From: an uncultured delta proteobacterium
GTDB lineage: Bacteria > Myxococcota > Myxococcia > SLRQ01
Length of the DNA: 64,000 bases
Assembly: GCA_963727485.1 (NCBI GenBank)
Contig: CAVSGM010000001.1
Coordinates: 192,001 to 256,000 of the forward strand
Reading direction: 5' to 3'
The notes beneath the pieces were generated by a model. It was not told the DNA's origin and made no database searches. It saw only the letters and a list, made by a program, of their open reading frames with translations. Both the position numbers and the translations under genes were made by a program. Below, piece by piece: positions 1-11,390 of this stretch (positions are counted from its first letter, which is position 1; every line of letters starts with the position of its first letter).

Positions 1-67
1 GACGACCCAGGGGCCCGGGCGCCGCCGCCCTTGACCCGCCCGGCGCCGGCCATTACTCGATGCGGCC

Positions 68-748
68 ATGACCGTCCGACCCGACCCGAGCCGCGTCGCC
101 ATCGCCCCCTCAATCCTCTCCGCCGACTTCGGGCGCCTCGCCGCCGAGGTCGCCGCGGTGGACGCCGCCGGGGCCGACCTCATCCACGTGGACGTCATGG
201 ACGGCCACTTCGTGCCCAACCTCACCATCGGCCCGCCGGTGGTGAAGGCGATCCGCCAGGCCACGGACAAGCCCCTCGACGTCCATCTGATGATCGAGCA
301 CCCGGAGCGCTCCCTCGAGGACTACGTCGCCGCCGGCGCCGACATCGTCAGCGTCCACGTGGAGGCCTGCGTCCACCTCCACCGGGTGGTGCAGCAGATC
401 CACGCCGCGGGGGCGAAGGCCTCCGTGGTGCTCAACCCCCATACGCCCATCGCCATGGTCGAGCACGTCCTCGAGGACGTGGACATGGTCCTGATGATGA
501 GCGTGAACCCGGGGTTCGGGGGGCAGGCGTTCATTCCCCAGGTCCTGGGGAAGATCGAGGCCCTCGCCGAGCGGGTCCAGGCGCGGGGGCTCGATGTTGA
601 CATCGAGGTCGACGGTGGCGTAAAGGTCGCCAACTCCAAGGCCCTGGCAGCCGCCGGGGCCACCGTGCTGGTGGCCGGATCGGCGATCTTCGGCGAATCG
701 GACTACCAGGCGGTGATCGAGAATATGCGCCGCGCTGCGGCGGGTTGA
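68..748 (+). CDS. rpe: Ribulose-phosphate 3-epimerase
   Basis: Motifs [38 protein letters not shown] and EVDGG. Confidence 0.97.
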   Translation: MTVRPDPSRVAIAPSILSADFGRLAAEVAAVDAAGADLIHVDVMDGHFVPNLTIGPPVVKAIRQATDKPLDVHLMIEHPERSLEDYVAAGADIVSVHVEACVHLHRVVQQIHAAGAKASVVLNPHTPIAMVEHVLEDVDMVLMMSVNPGFGGQAFIPQVLGKIEALAERVQARGLDVDIEVDGGVKVANSKALAAAGATVLVAGSAIFGESDYQAVIENMRRAAAG

Positions 749-766
749 ATAGGCGGCAGATCCTGA

Positions 767-843
767 CGGGAAGTGGCTCAGCCTGGTAGAGCACCTGGTT
801 CGGGACCAGGGGGTCGCAGGTTCGAATCCTGTCTTCCCGACCA
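767..843 (+). tRNA. tRNA-Pro (anticodon CGG)
   Basis: Cloverleaf: acceptor CGGGAAG/CTTCCCG, anticodon arm CCTGG-TTCGGGA-CCAGG, T-loop GTTCGAATC, encoded CCA end. Confidence 0.97.
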
Positions 844-855
844 TCTGCCTCTTTG

Positions 856-891
856 GGCGGCCGCGGGCCTCGCGCCTGCGGCCGCCTTTTT
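856..891 (+). terminator. Intrinsic terminator after tRNA-Pro
   Basis: GGCGGCCGCGGGC/GCCTGCGGCCGCC stem followed by TTTTT. Confidence 0.8.
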
Positions 892-929
892 CATAGGCAT
901 GGGCGGCGTCGCCGCCGGGGAGGGCCGCG

Positions 930-1736
930 ATGATCGCCCAGTGCACCAGCTGTGGGCACACCTTCGAGACCGAGACCTGGGGCGTCCAGGTCTGCCCCAA
1001 CTGCGGGACCCGGGTGATGCTCGACCCGCCCCCCGAGGAGCCCGAGGTCGTCCCCGGCCCGGACGCCGAGCAGACCTCGGGCGAGGTCCCGCCGCCCTTC
1101 GAGGACCCGAGCTACGGCTTCCTCAAGGGTTACTTCGAGACCTGGAAGCAGTCCATCTTCCAGCCCACCGAGTTCTTCTCCCGGCTGCCGGTGCACGACG
1201 CGGGGAAGGCCTTCCTCTACGCCTGGCTCACCCAGGTGGTCGGCGGCGAGATCGCCATGCTCTGGACCTTCCTCCAGATGCAGGCCCAGCGCGGCCTCAT
1301 GGCGAACGTCCCCGGGGGCGCGCCTCCGGAGACCGCGCAGCTCTTCAAGACCATGAGCTGGGTCTACGGCGGGGCCGGCTTCATCCTCATCCCCCTCTTC
1401 GCGGTCCTCGGGATCTTCCTCTCCGCGGGGATCATCCACCTCGGGGCCATGATCGCCGGGGCCGCGAACCGCGGGTGGAACGCCACCTTCCGGGCGGTGT
1501 GCTACGCCAGTGGTCCCCAGCTCTTCGCGGTGATCCCCATCTGCGGCGGGCTGGTGGGCGGGATCTGGGTCCTGGTCCTGGACATCATCGGCCTGATGCA
1601 CACCCAGCGAACCACCGGCGGTCGGGCGACCATCGCGGTGCTGGTGCTCCCCCTGCTGCTCGTGTGCCTCTGCGGCATCCTCATGGCCGTGGTCATCGGG
1701 GCCGGCAGCGCCTTCCTGCAGCACGCGCGCTACTAG
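930..1736 (+). CDS. Yip1-domain membrane protein with N-terminal zinc ribbon
   Basis: N-terminal CxxC...CPNCG, a 'WKQSIFQPTEFF' motif, then about 5 hydrophobic helices. Confidence 0.75.
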   Translation: MIAQCTSCGHTFETETWGVQVCPNCGTRVMLDPPPEEPEVVPGPDAEQTSGEVPPPFEDPSYGFLKGYFETWKQSIFQPTEFFSRLPVHDAGKAFLYAWLTQVVGGEIAMLWTFLQMQAQRGLMANVPGGAPPETAQLFKTMSWVYGGAGFILIPLFAVLGIFLSAGIIHLGAMIAGAANRGWNATFRAVCYASGPQLFAVIPICGGLVGGIWVLVLDIIGLMHTQRTTGGRATIAVLVLPLLLVCLCGILMAVVIGAGSAFLQHARY

Positions 1737-1752
1737 GCGCGAGGTCGCGCAG

Positions 1753-2187
1753 ATGAAGCTCGCGTGGACTCCCGGAAAGCGCCGCTTCGGCTTCGGGGAG
1801 ATCTACATGGCCATCGGCCTGCTGGCGATCGCCACCGCGCGCTTCTTCCCCTTCGACCGCATCCGGGGCGTGTGGACCTGCCCCCTCTACGGCATGACCG
1901 GCGTTCCCTGCCCGAGCTGCGGGTTCACCCGCGCCTTCGTGCGCACCGCCCACCTCCACCTGGGCCACGCCTTCGAGGTCAGCCCGCTGGGGACGATGCT
2001 CTTCCTCTTCATCGTCGCCTACGTGGTCTTCGCGCTGTTGCGCCTGGCGTTCAACTGGCCCTGGCCGAGGGTGGTGGTCGAGGGGCGCTTCGAGGGCTAC
2101 TTCTTCCGGGTGGGCATCCTCGTCCTCGTCGCCGGCAACTGGGCGTACCTCCTGGTGCGCCACTTCGTCATCGGAGACTGGGGATGA
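1753..2187 (+). CDS. DUF2752-family membrane protein
   Basis: CPLYGMTGVPCPSCGFTRA signature and TM helices. Confidence 0.85.
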   Translation: MKLAWTPGKRRFGFGEIYMAIGLLAIATARFFPFDRIRGVWTCPLYGMTGVPCPSCGFTRAFVRTAHLHLGHAFEVSPLGTMLFLFIVAYVVFALLRLAFNWPWPRVVVEGRFEGYFFRVGILVLVAGNWAYLLVRHFVIGDWG

Positions 2188-2804
2188 ACCCGGGCCTGTC
2201 GCTCAACCCGGCGCTCCCGGCGGTGGTCGCCTTGGCCTACCTCCTCGGCGCCGTGCCCTTCGGGGTCCTGGTGGCGCGCCGCTTCGCCAAGGTCGACGTG
2301 CGCGCAGGCGGCAGCGGGAACATCGGCGCCACCAACGTCGCCCGGGTCGCCGGGAAGAAGCTCGGGGTGCTCACCCTGGCCCTCGACGCCCTCAAGGGCC
2401 TCGTGCCCACCCTGGCCATGGCCGCGTGGGTGGCGCCGCTCGCCCCGGCGACGCAGCGCCCCTACTGGATCGCCGGCACCGGCCTGGCGGCGTTCCTCGG
2501 CCACTGCTACCCGGTCTACCTCAAGTTCCGCGGGGGCAAGGGCGTGGCCACCGCCTTCGGGGTGCTCCTGGCGCTGGCGCCCTGGGCGGCGCTGGCGGGC
2601 TTCGGCCTCTACGCCCTGGTCTACGCCACGTTGCGCATCTCCAGCATCGGGTCGCTGCTCGCCGCGGCCACGGTCCCGGTGGTGGTCTTCTACACCGCCG
2701 GCCGGGTCACCGGGTACTTCGTCCTCGGCATGGTCGCCGTGGTGGTGTGGAAGCACCGGGGCAACATCCAGCGCCTCCTCTCCCGGACCGAGGGGAAGGT
2801 CTGA
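2184..2804 (+). CDS. plsY: Glycerol-3-phosphate acyltransferase PlsY
   Basis: YLLGAVPFG, GSGNIGATN, FRGGKGVAT and HRGNIQRL motifs; ATGA overlap with the upstream gene. Confidence 0.95.
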   Translation: MNPGLSLNPALPAVVALAYLLGAVPFGVLVARRFAKVDVRAGGSGNIGATNVARVAGKKLGVLTLALDALKGLVPTLAMAAWVAPLAPATQRPYWIAGTGLAAFLGHCYPVYLKFRGGKGVATAFGVLLALAPWAALAGFGLYALVYATLRISSIGSLLAAATVPVVVFYTAGRVTGYFVLGMVAVVVWKHRGNIQRLLSRTEGKV

Positions 2805-2816
2805 CCGGCCGCGGGC

Positions 2817-3575
2817 TCAGCGCTGGTTGGTGACCGTCTGGGCGAGCGAGAGGGCCCGCCGGGTGTGGACCATGGCGTTCGCCACCAGCACCCGCGCCCG
2901 GTAGAGGTCCGACTGCCCCAGGGCCGAGACGGCCTCCTGGAGGAAGCCGCCGGCGTCGTCGCAGTGCTTCGCCTCGAGGACCCGGCCCAGGCGGCTCGCC
3001 TCGGTGGACACCTCGCCGAGGGCGGTGACGTCGCGGTTCAGGGTGCCGGAGGCCCCGTCGCCGCTCCCCTCGGAGAGGGCCTTCTCCACCCCCTCGAGGT
3101 CCTGGAGGATCCCGCCGAGGAGGGCGGCGCGGTCGAAGCGCGGGGTCCTCGCCTCGCGCCGGCTCTCGGTGACCCCCTGGGCCTGCTCCAGGTCGGCGAT
3201 CTTCTGGTTGGCGGTGTCGAGGGCGGTCTGGAAGTTGGTCTGGGCCTGCTCCAGGGCGGTGACCCGGGCCTCGAGCTCGGCGAGCCGGGCCTCGAGGCCC
3301 GCCGAACCGCCGGCGTCGGGGGCGCCGCCGTCGGTCTCGACACCCTCGGCGTTGGCGGCGGGGCCCGCGTCGGCGCCCGAGCGCGCGTCGGCGCGCGGGC
3401 GCACCACGCGGGCCCGGGTGCGCGCGGTCCCGGCGTCCCGAACGCCCCCGTCGGCGCGCACCCCGGCGTCGGCGAGGCCGGTGCGGGAGACGGGCTGGAT
3501 GCCGGGGCCCTGGGCGACGGCGAGACCGAGGACGCCGAGGGCGACCACGAGGACGAGCGACACGCGGGTGATCAT
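2817..3575 (-). CDS. Hypothetical secreted protein with DAG/DGG linker and coiled coil
   Basis: Signal peptide MITRVSLVLVVALGVLGLAVA; heptad-rich LEARLAELEARVTALEQ segment. Start chosen inside the longer ORF. Confidence 0.6.
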   Translation of the reverse strand: MITRVSLVLVVALGVLGLAVAQGPGIQPVSRTGLADAGVRADGGVRDAGTARTRARVVRPRADARSGADAGPAANAEGVETDGGAPDAGGSAGLEARLAELEARVTALEQAQTNFQTALDTANQKIADLEQAQGVTESRREARTPRFDRAALLGGILQDLEGVEKALSEGSGDGASGTLNRDVTALGEVSTEASRLGRVLEAKHCDDAGGFLQEAVSALGQSDLYRARVLVANAMVHTRRALSLAQTVTNQR

Positions 3576-3723
3576 GCCGTCACTGTGGGCGCTCGGGCCC
3601 GGGGCGGCAACCACCGCGGACGCCGGCGAGGGGCTGTTGCGTCCCCGCAACGGTGTGGTGCGGACGCGGGGTCTTACGGCGCGCCGGGGCAGGGCTAGGT
3701 TGCTTCTCGAAAGGAGCAGCACC

Positions 3724-4287
3724 ATGACCACCCCTACTGCCAAGCAGACCCAGACCCCCACCCGCTGGACCGCCGACCCCGCCCACTCGAGCGTCGGCTT
3801 CCAGGTTCGCCACATGATGGTGTCCACCGTTCGCGGCACCTTCAACGAGGTCCACGCCACCCTCGACTACGACCCCGAGAACCCCGCGGCCTCGAAGATC
3901 GAGGTGCGGATCCCGGTGGACAGCATCGACACCCGTGAGCCCAAGCGCGACGGGCACCTGAAGAGCGCCGACTTCTTCGACGCCGAGCACCACCCCGAGG
4001 CGGTCTTCGTCTCCAAGGCCATCGAGGCCACCGGCGACGACACCTACCGGGTGACCGGTGACCTCACCCTTCGCGAGACCACCGAGGAGATCACCGTCGA
4101 GGTCGAGGCCTCGCCGGTGGTGAAGAACCCGATGAGCGGGACCCCCACCCGGGGCTTCGAGGCCCGGGCGACCCTGGACCGCAAGCGCTGGGGCCTCAAC
4201 TGGAACGCCGCCCTCGAGACCGGCGGGGTGCTCGTGGGCGACAAGGTGAAGGTCACCGTCGACCTCGAGCTCACCCCCGAGGGCTGA
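3724..4287 (+). CDS. YceI-family protein
   Basis: WTADPAHSSVGFQVRH and RDGHLKSADFFD motifs; AAGGAG RBS upstream. Confidence 0.93.
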   Translation: MTTPTAKQTQTPTRWTADPAHSSVGFQVRHMMVSTVRGTFNEVHATLDYDPENPAASKIEVRIPVDSIDTREPKRDGHLKSADFFDAEHHPEAVFVSKAIEATGDDTYRVTGDLTLRETTEEITVEVEASPVVKNPMSGTPTRGFEARATLDRKRWGLNWNAALETGGVLVGDKVKVTVDLELTPEG

Positions 4288-4350
4288 CCCCGGCCGGGCG
4301 GCGGCCGCCTCGGGGCGGACCGTCGCCTGGAAGTCCGGAGCGCGGTAGAG

Positions 4351-5367
4351 GTGGAATCCATGGTCCCCTCGCCGCGCCCCGGTCGTCTCCCTGGACCGCG
4401 CCTCCTTCGTGGGGGCGCGGTCCTCTGCGTCGCTGGCCTTCTGCTCCTCCCGGGCGCCGGCTGCACCACCCCCGCCGCCACCGGTGCGCCCCCCGAGGCC
4501 GGGCCCTCGACCGAGGGCAGCGCCGCCGACGTCGCCCGGCGCCTGCCCCACGACCCGGTCGCCCCCGCCGGGCCCCGGGGCGCCTCCGCCGACGAGCGGG
4601 CGATGTTCGCCCTGGTCAACCGCGACCGGGGCGTCCACGGCCTCCCGCCGCTGACCTGGGACGACCGGCTCGCCGCCATCGCCCTGGCCCACGACGACGA
4701 CATGCTCCGCCGCCACTACGTGGCCCACGTGAGCCCCGACGGCGTCTCACCCGCGGGCCGGCTGCGGAAGGCCGGCTACCTCAACCGGGTGGTCCGGGAG
4801 AACATCGCCGTCGCCGCCTCCGTCCCCGAGGCGGAGGTGGGCCTGATGCACAGCCCCGAGCACCGGGCGAACCTCCTCGCCCCGGACATCACCCGGGTGG
4901 GCATCGGCATCCGCCGGGTGCCCCTGAAGGGTGGGCCCACGGAGGTGGTGGTGACCCAGGACTTCGCCCGGCCCTACACCGCGCCCTCGCCCCAGGCGGC
5001 GCGGCACGCGGCGCTGCTCGCCATCGGCACCTGGCGCCGCCAGGCCCGCCTCCCGCCGCTGCCGGTGGTCCCGGTGCTCCAGCGCCTCGGGGACGCGGCA
5101 GTGCGCCACCTCGCCATCGGCATCGACGCGGCGCGCCTCCACGACGTGGCCCAGGACGCCGCCAGCGCCGTGGAGCGCGGGCAGATGCCCGGGATCGCCG
5201 GGGTCGCCGTGGCCAGCGAGCGCATCCTCGACCTCTCGGACCTCCGGGTCCCCGAGCCGGCGCGGGATCCCAACGCGGTGGGCCTCGCCGTGGCGACGAC
5301 CCGGGCCCGGGGCGACGACGGCCAGCCGCGGGTGCTGGTGCTGGTGCTGGTGGGGCAGGGGCGGTAG
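4351..5367 (+). CDS. CAP (SCP) domain protein, probable lipoprotein
   Basis: LVNRDR...LPPL, ENIA, LMHSPEHRANLL and VGIG motifs; hydrophobic segment ending GAGC. Start uncertain. Confidence 0.8.
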   Translation: MESMVPSPRPGRLPGPRLLRGGAVLCVAGLLLLPGAGCTTPAATGAPPEAGPSTEGSAADVARRLPHDPVAPAGPRGASADERAMFALVNRDRGVHGLPPLTWDDRLAAIALAHDDDMLRRHYVAHVSPDGVSPAGRLRKAGYLNRVVRENIAVAASVPEAEVGLMHSPEHRANLLAPDITRVGIGIRRVPLKGGPTEVVVTQDFARPYTAPSPQAARHAALLAIGTWRRQARLPPLPVVPVLQRLGDAAVRHLAIGIDAARLHDVAQDAASAVERGQMPGIAGVAVASERILDLSDLRVPEPARDPNAVGLAVATTRARGDDGQPRVLVLVLVGQGR

Positions 5368-5380
5368 GCCGGCTGCCCGC

Positions 5381-8246
5381 TCAGGGCGCCACGGCGCCGA
5401 GGAGCACCTGCCTGGGCTTGGAGCCGTCGGCGGGCCCCACGATCCCCTCGCGCTCCATCACCTCGATCATCCGCGCCGCCCGGTTGTAGCCGATGGCCAG
5501 GCGCCGCTGGAGGAAGCTGACGCTGATGGCGTCCCGGTCGGCGATGATCGCCAGCGCCTCGTCCCACTTGGCGTCGTGCTCGAGATTCGTCGTCGTCGTC
5601 GCCGCCGCCGCCCTCGTCGTCCCGGGCCTGGAGGATCGACTCGTCGTAGATGGGCTTGCCCTGCTCCTTGAGGTGCGCCACCACCCGCTTGATCTCGTCG
5701 TCGGCGAGGAAGGCGCCGTGGACCCGCAGGGGCTCGGACTGCCCCGGGGGGATGATGAGCATGTCGCCGCGGCCGAGGAGCTTCTCCGAGCCCGGGCTGT
5801 TGATGATGGTCTGGGAGTCGTGGCGGCTCGCCACCCGGAAGCCGATTCGCGCCGGGAAGTTGGCCTTGATGAGGCCGGTGAGGACGTCGGTCGAGGGCCG
5901 CTGGGTCGCGACCATCAGGTGGATGCCGGCGGCGCGCGCCTTCTGGGCGATGCGCGCGATGTAGGTCTCGACCTCCCGGGAGGCGACCATCATCAGATCC
6001 GCGAGCTCGTCGATGATGATCACCACCAGGGGAAGCTTCTCCGGCGGCGGCGGGTCGTCGAGGAGGAAGCGCTCGTGGTCCTCCTTGAGCGCCATGTACG
6101 CCTCGTGGTCCCCGTCGGCGGTCTCCAGGGGCGGCGGGGGGGTGCGGGTCTTCTGCCGCTCCTCCCACTCGGCCCGGCGCTTCTCCGCGACCCGGTTGTA
6201 GCCCGAGAGGTTGCGGACCGAGGTGTCGGCGAGGAGCTGGTAGCGCCGCTCCATCTCGTCCACCGCCCAGCGCAGGGCCAGCGCCGCCTTCGCGGGATCG
6301 TCGACCACCGGGAGCAGGAGGTGGGGGATGCCGTCGTAGAGCTTGAGCTCGGTGACCTTGGGGTCGACCATGATGAAGCGCACCTCGTCCGGGGTGGCCT
6401 TCATCAGGATCGAGGTGATCATGGCGTTGACCGACACCGACTTGCCCGAGCCGGTGGTGCCGGCGATGAGCAGGTGGGGCATCTGGGCGAGGTCGACCAT
6501 GAAGGGCATCCCCTCCACGTCCTTGCCCATGGCCAGGGTGAGCTTGCTCTTCGCCTCGGCGAAGGCGTCCTGGTCGACGATGTCCTTGAGGTGGACGGTC
6601 TGGCGCTTCTTGTTGGGCACCTCGATGCCCACCGCGCCCTTGCCCGGCAGCGGCGCCACGATGCGCACCTGCAGCGCCTCCATGGCCATCGCCAGGTCGT
6701 CGGAGAGCCCGGCGATCTTGGAGATGCGCACCCCGGGGCCCGGGACGAACTCGTACATGGTGACCACCGGGCCCAGGCGGATCTTGCGGACGTCGCCGGT
6801 GATCCCGAAGTCGGCGAGCTTCTGGGTGAGCTTCTTGGCGGTCTCGTGGAGGGCGGCGCGGTCGACGGCCTCCCGGGCCTCCTCGGGGGGATCGTCGAGG
6901 AGGTCGAGGCCGGGGAGGATGAAGGCGTCGCCGTGCTGGGAGAAGGCGAAGGCGTCCTGGCGGGGCCCCCGGGCCGGGCGATCCGGGGCCCGGGCCTCGA
7001 CGATGGCCGGGCCCTCGTCGGCGGGGGCGGCGGGCTGGGGCCTGGCCTCGGCGGGGGCGTCGTCGGCCGGGGCGATCTCCGCCGGCTTGCGGGGGCGGCG
7101 GGGGGGCGCCTCGGCGGCGGCGGCGACCACCGGGGTGGCCTCGACGATGGGCGCGGCCTCGGGCGGGGGCGCGGGGGCGTCGGCGGCCTCGGGGGCGTCG
7201 GCGGCCTCGGCGGCCTCGGCTTCGGCGGCGGCCATCCCGGCGAGGCTCGGGGCCCAGTCGGGATCGGCGTGGGACGGGTCGGCCAGGGGGTCCACCGGCT
7301 CCACGTCGTAGATCGCCTCCACCTCGTCGAGGGGGGCGATGGCCCCGGCCTCGGACGGCGGGGGGGCGGGGAGCGGCGCCGGGGGCGGGGCGTCGGTGAC
7401 CGGGGTCTCGGCGAAGGTCACCCGGACGATGCCCGCGTCGTCGGCCTCGACCCGGGGCGGGGGGAGGGCGGCGCGCTCGGCCTTCCGGCGGGCCCGCTCG
7501 GCGTCGGCGCGGGCCCGGGCCTCGGCGCGGGACTCGGCGCGCTCGGCGGCCCGGGCGGCGCGGAGCTCGGCCCGGCGGGTGCGGGCGTCCCGGTGGCGGG
7601 CCCACTGGAGCCGGGCCAGGTCGAGGCCCCGGCCGGCGAGGCCCCGGAGGCCCCCGGCGGCCAGCCCCCCGAGGTGGGCGAGGGTGAGATCGCTGGCGAC
7701 CACCAGGGACACCAGGACCCCGGCGGTGGCGACGATGGCGGCACCCACGGTGTTCAGCTCGCTGCGCAGCAGCTCCCCGAGGACCAGGCCCAGAACCCCG
7801 CCGGGGCTGTGGGACAGGGGGTGGGCGTGGGGCAGGGCGAGGTGGGCGAGGACGGCGCCGAAGAGCATCAGCGCCCCGTAGCCCAGCACCTCCACCGCCG
7901 AGACGTGGACGGTGCGCCGGGCGAAGAGGGCGAAGGCGACCACCACCAGGGCCAGGGCGACCACGAAGCTGCCCAGGCCGATGGCGGTGAGCATCCCGTC
8001 GGCGACGTGGTGGCCCACCGCGCCGATGAGGTTGCCCACCGGGAGGCCCCGGGCGAGGCGGGCGTCGTCCCCGGCGCTGAACGACGCCAGCGCCAGGGAG
8101 AGGGTGACGCCGAGCGAGAGACACACGATGCCCAGGAGCTCCCGGCGCCGGGGCACCGGGGCCGCCCGGGTCTCCCGACCGGGGGCGGCCCTCTTGGAGG
8201 CGCCCCGCTTCGTCGCCTTGGTCTTCCCTGCTGCCCGTCGCGCCAT
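5381..8246 (-). CDS. ftsK: DNA translocase FtsK (+1 frameshift at ~5586, probably a sequencing error)
   Basis: N-terminal TM domain; PHLLIAGTTGSGKS Walker A; IIIDELADLM; gamma domain LQRRLAIGYNRAARMIE continues in a shifted frame to the stop at 5381. Confidence 0.93.
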
Positions 8247-8412
8247 TCGCCGATGCCTCCCAAGGGGTCGCAAGTGGGGCCGTCCGCGCGGCCCGCGCAC
8301 CCCCCGACGCTACCGGCCAGAAGCCGAAGGTCAACTTTTCGACGGGGGGTGCGGGAGGGGCGCCGCGAGTGGTTTTCTTGACCACCCCCCGGGGCCGGCG
8401 AGACTCGAAGCC

Positions 8413-9540
8413 ATGGAACGCGTCGACGGCTCCTGGTTCGTGCCCCCAGAGAACGCCCACGAGGCCGAGGTCACCCCGGCCCCCACCCCGGCGAGGGCGC
8501 CGGTGGACGCCGACCCGGCGATCCTCCTGGAGGAGGCCGGCTGGTCGGTGTCCGAGGCCGAGGCCTGCCTGGCGTCGCCGGCCCTGGCGGCCGCGGCCGA
8601 GGCCGCGCCGGCGGTGGATTCGATCCCGGTGCCCCTGCCCGCGCCCTCGACCGTGGCGACCCTGCCGCTCCCGGCGCCCGCCGCCTCCGCCACCGCCGAG
8701 GCCCGCCTCGCCGACCTGGAGGCGGCGATCGATGCCGCCCTGGTCACCCCGGCGGTGGAGCCCCCCGCCGCCTCCGAGCCCCCCGCCGTCGCCCCCGAGG
8801 CCCACGGCGACGCCATGGCCGAGGCCTTCTTCGCCGCGGGCGACGACCCGCTCCCGGCCCCGGCCCCGGCCCTCGAGGACGACGACGAGCCCGCCTGGGC
8901 CGACGCCCTCGACGCCGACGCCCCCGCCGGCCCGGCCTTCGAGACCCCCGCGGGCCTCGCCGCCGCCCGGACCGCCGACCCGATGCCGGCGCCGAGGTCC
9001 GCCCCGGCCCCCGACGCGATCACCGAGCCCGAGCTCGACGCCGAACCGGTCCCGGCGCCGGCGCGGACCCGGCGCGCCGCCCCGGGCACCCCGCCGGCCC
9101 ACCCGGTGGTCCGGGCCCGGGTCGCCTCGGTCGCCCACCGGGCCCTCGCCTGGCTGGTGGACGGCGCGGTCCTGGTCACCGCGGTCACCGGCACCGTCTA
9201 CGCCGCCGCCCGCCTCGCCGGTCACCCGGGGGGCCTCGCCGCCGTCGCCCACGACCCCCTGCTCCTGGGGGCGGCGCTGGCCTTCGGGGGCATCCTCGGC
9301 CTGGTCTACGTGGGCCTGTTCACGGCGGCCGGGGGCCAGACCTTCGGCGCCCGGCTCGCGGGCATCCGCATCCTCGATCAGCGCGGGGCCGCGCCCACGG
9401 TGGGCCGGGCCTTCGCCCGGGCCGGGGCCGCCGCCCTGGGGACCCTGGCCTGCCTCCTGGGCCTCGCCTGGGTCCTCCTCGACGATCGGGGCCAGGCCCT
9501 CCACGACCGGGTGGCGCGCACCTACGTCGTCGAGGCCTGA
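8413..9540 (+). CDS. RDD-family membrane protein with long Ala/Pro/acidic N-terminus
   Basis: RALAWLVD, GQTFG and ALHDRVARTYVV motifs. Confidence 0.85.
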   Translation: MERVDGSWFVPPENAHEAEVTPAPTPARAPVDADPAILLEEAGWSVSEAEACLASPALAAAAEAAPAVDSIPVPLPAPSTVATLPLPAPAASATAEARLADLEAAIDAALVTPAVEPPAASEPPAVAPEAHGDAMAEAFFAAGDDPLPAPAPALEDDDEPAWADALDADAPAGPAFETPAGLAAARTADPMPAPRSAPAPDAITEPELDAEPVPAPARTRRAAPGTPPAHPVVRARVASVAHRALAWLVDGAVLVTAVTGTVYAAARLAGHPGGLAAVAHDPLLLGAALAFGGILGLVYVGLFTAAGGQTFGARLAGIRILDQRGAAPTVGRAFARAGAAALGTLACLLGLAWVLLDDRGQALHDRVARTYVVEA

Positions 9541-9571
9541 TCGGGCCGGGGCCCCCGCCGGCGCCCGCCGC

Positions 9572-10496
9572 CTAGAGCCGGGGCCGGCGCAGGTGCACCC
9601 GGGCCCAGCCGTCGCGGGTGGACCGGCGCACCGGGGTGAGGCCCTGGGCCACGTAGGCGGCCTCGGCCTCGTCGCACTGGTTCTCCAGGAGCCCGGAGAG
9701 GAAGAGGTCGCCGCCCGGGGCCACCCGCGGCGCCACCGTCGGCGCCAGATCCGTGAGCACCCCGAGCTGGATGTTGGCGACCACCAGGTCCCAGAGCCCG
9801 TCGCGGGTGTCCGGGGGGTCGGTGGTGAACTCGCAGCGCTCGGCGACGTCGTTGCGGGCGGCGTTCTCGCCGGCGACCTTCACCGCCATGGGATCGCTGT
9901 CGATGCCCAGGCAGCGCTGGGCGCCGAGGCGGGCGGCGACGATGGAGAGCACCCCGCTCCCCGAGCCCACGTCGAGGACGCTGGGGACCCGGCCGTCCCG
10001 GCGCCAGCTGTCGACCACGTCTTCGACGGCCTCGATGCACAGGGCGGTGGTGGCGTGCGACCCGGTCCCAAACGCCAGCCCTGGATCGAATCTGGAGCTC
10101 GACCAGGTCCGGGTGGTCCTCGGAGGGGTGCCAGCTCGCCCGGATGCGGATGCGGCGGCCCACGCGGACCGGCTTCACCTGCTCCCGCACCTTCTGGACC
10201 CAGTCCTCGGCGGCGACGGTGGAGAAGGCGACGGCGACCTCGGCGCCGGGGTCGCCCTGGTGGAGGGCGGCGACCACCTCGGCGGAGAGCGACTCGGGAT
10301 CGGTCTCGGGGGTCAGCCAGGCGACCACCTGGGCGCGCCCGGAGGCGGGGCCGCTCCCGTCCTCGAAGAAGGTGTCCGAGTCCCGGACCTCGACGCCCCG
10401 GGCGGCGGCACGCATCGCCAGGCCGCACGCGGCATCGGCGAGGGGCTCGGGGACGTCCAGGATGACTTGAAGAAACGTGCTGTCGTCGTCCGCCAT
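9572..10496 (-). CDS. prmA: Ribosomal protein L11 methyltransferase (+1 frameshift at ~10090)
   Basis: After correction reads IDPGLAFGTGSHATT, VLDVGSGSGVL and VVANI. Confidence 0.9.
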
Positions 10497-10586
10497 GCCA
10501 GCGCAGGGTATCCGGCTTCGTTCCCGGGTGCCACGTTCATGGGGGCAATGTGGCGCCGGTGCGGGGATTGCAGTAGGGATGGAGCT

Positions 10587-11261
10587 GTGACGCCAACCCT
10601 CCGCCTGGCCGCCGCCCTGGCCACCGCCCTCGCCCTGGCCGCCGCCGGGCCCGCCGCCGCCGAGACCGGGGCGCTCACGGCCGAGGCCGGGGGCGGGGTC
10701 GCCTCGCCCGTCCTCACCGCGCCCTACGTCTCCGGGCACCCGGCCCTCGCCGCCGCGCCCGGACCGGCGGCCTTCGCCGGCGTGCGCTACGCCCTCACCG
10801 ACGACCTCGAGCTCGGCCTGCGCCTCTCGGTGACCACGCCGGTGGTCGTGGATCACGTCTGGTCCGCCGGCGCCGGGGACCAGCGCCTCCTGGAGCATGG
10901 GTTCCAGCAGACCGCGGCGCAGGCCCTGTGCCGCCGCTACCTCGCCGGCCTCGACTGGCGCCTCTTCGTCGAGGGGAGCCTCGGCTGGGACCACCGGCGG
11001 TACTTCTCGGTGCAGCCCTACCAGGTGGTCGGCGGCCAGGCCTCGAGCCTGGGGGTGCCCCTGCCCGGCTTCGCCGTCGACGACGTGCTCGTCTCGGTGG
11101 GGCCGGGGGTCGAGTACGTCTGGGACCACGCGGCGGTGGGCGTCCGGGCCGAGGTCGACGCCCGCATCGGGCCGTCGGTCAGCGGCTCGGCCCCGCACCC
11201 GGTGGGCGTGGGCTGGGGCTTCGGCGCGACCGTGTACGCGGCCTGGAGCTTCTATCCCTGA
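10587..11261 (+). CDS. Putative outer-membrane beta-barrel protein
   Basis: Signal peptide (GTG start); amphipathic strands such as AGVRYALTDDLELG; aromatic C-terminus GATVYAAWSFYP. Confidence 0.6.
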   Translation: MTPTLRLAAALATALALAAAGPAAAETGALTAEAGGGVASPVLTAPYVSGHPALAAAPGPAAFAGVRYALTDDLELGLRLSVTTPVVVDHVWSAGAGDQRLLEHGFQQTAAQALCRRYLAGLDWRLFVEGSLGWDHRRYFSVQPYQVVGGQASSLGVPLPGFAVDDVLVSVGPGVEYVWDHAAVGVRAEVDARIGPSVSGSAPHPVGVGWGFGATVYAAWSFYP

Positions 11262-11390
11262 TCCGGGGGGCCGACCCGGGCTCCCCCGGACGGGCGATGC
11301 ACAGCCTCCGCGCCACCCGACAAGGGATCTCCTGGGAGGATCGGTGGCCGGAACGTGGGGGTTCGCATCGGCGCCCGAGGGGGAGACCGG

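Noticed and set aside
767..900. tRNA-Pro as an integration site
   Set aside because: No integrase follows and I saw no duplicated tRNA 3' end in the window.
5467..9504. Very long alternative-frame ORFs (for example 5467..9504, 20646..24266, 47960..51586, 51108..54485, 56433..60842 as one protein)
   Set aside because: They are shadow or frameshift-fused ORFs typical of high-GC DNA, Arg/Gly/Pro-rich and overlapping well-supported genes.
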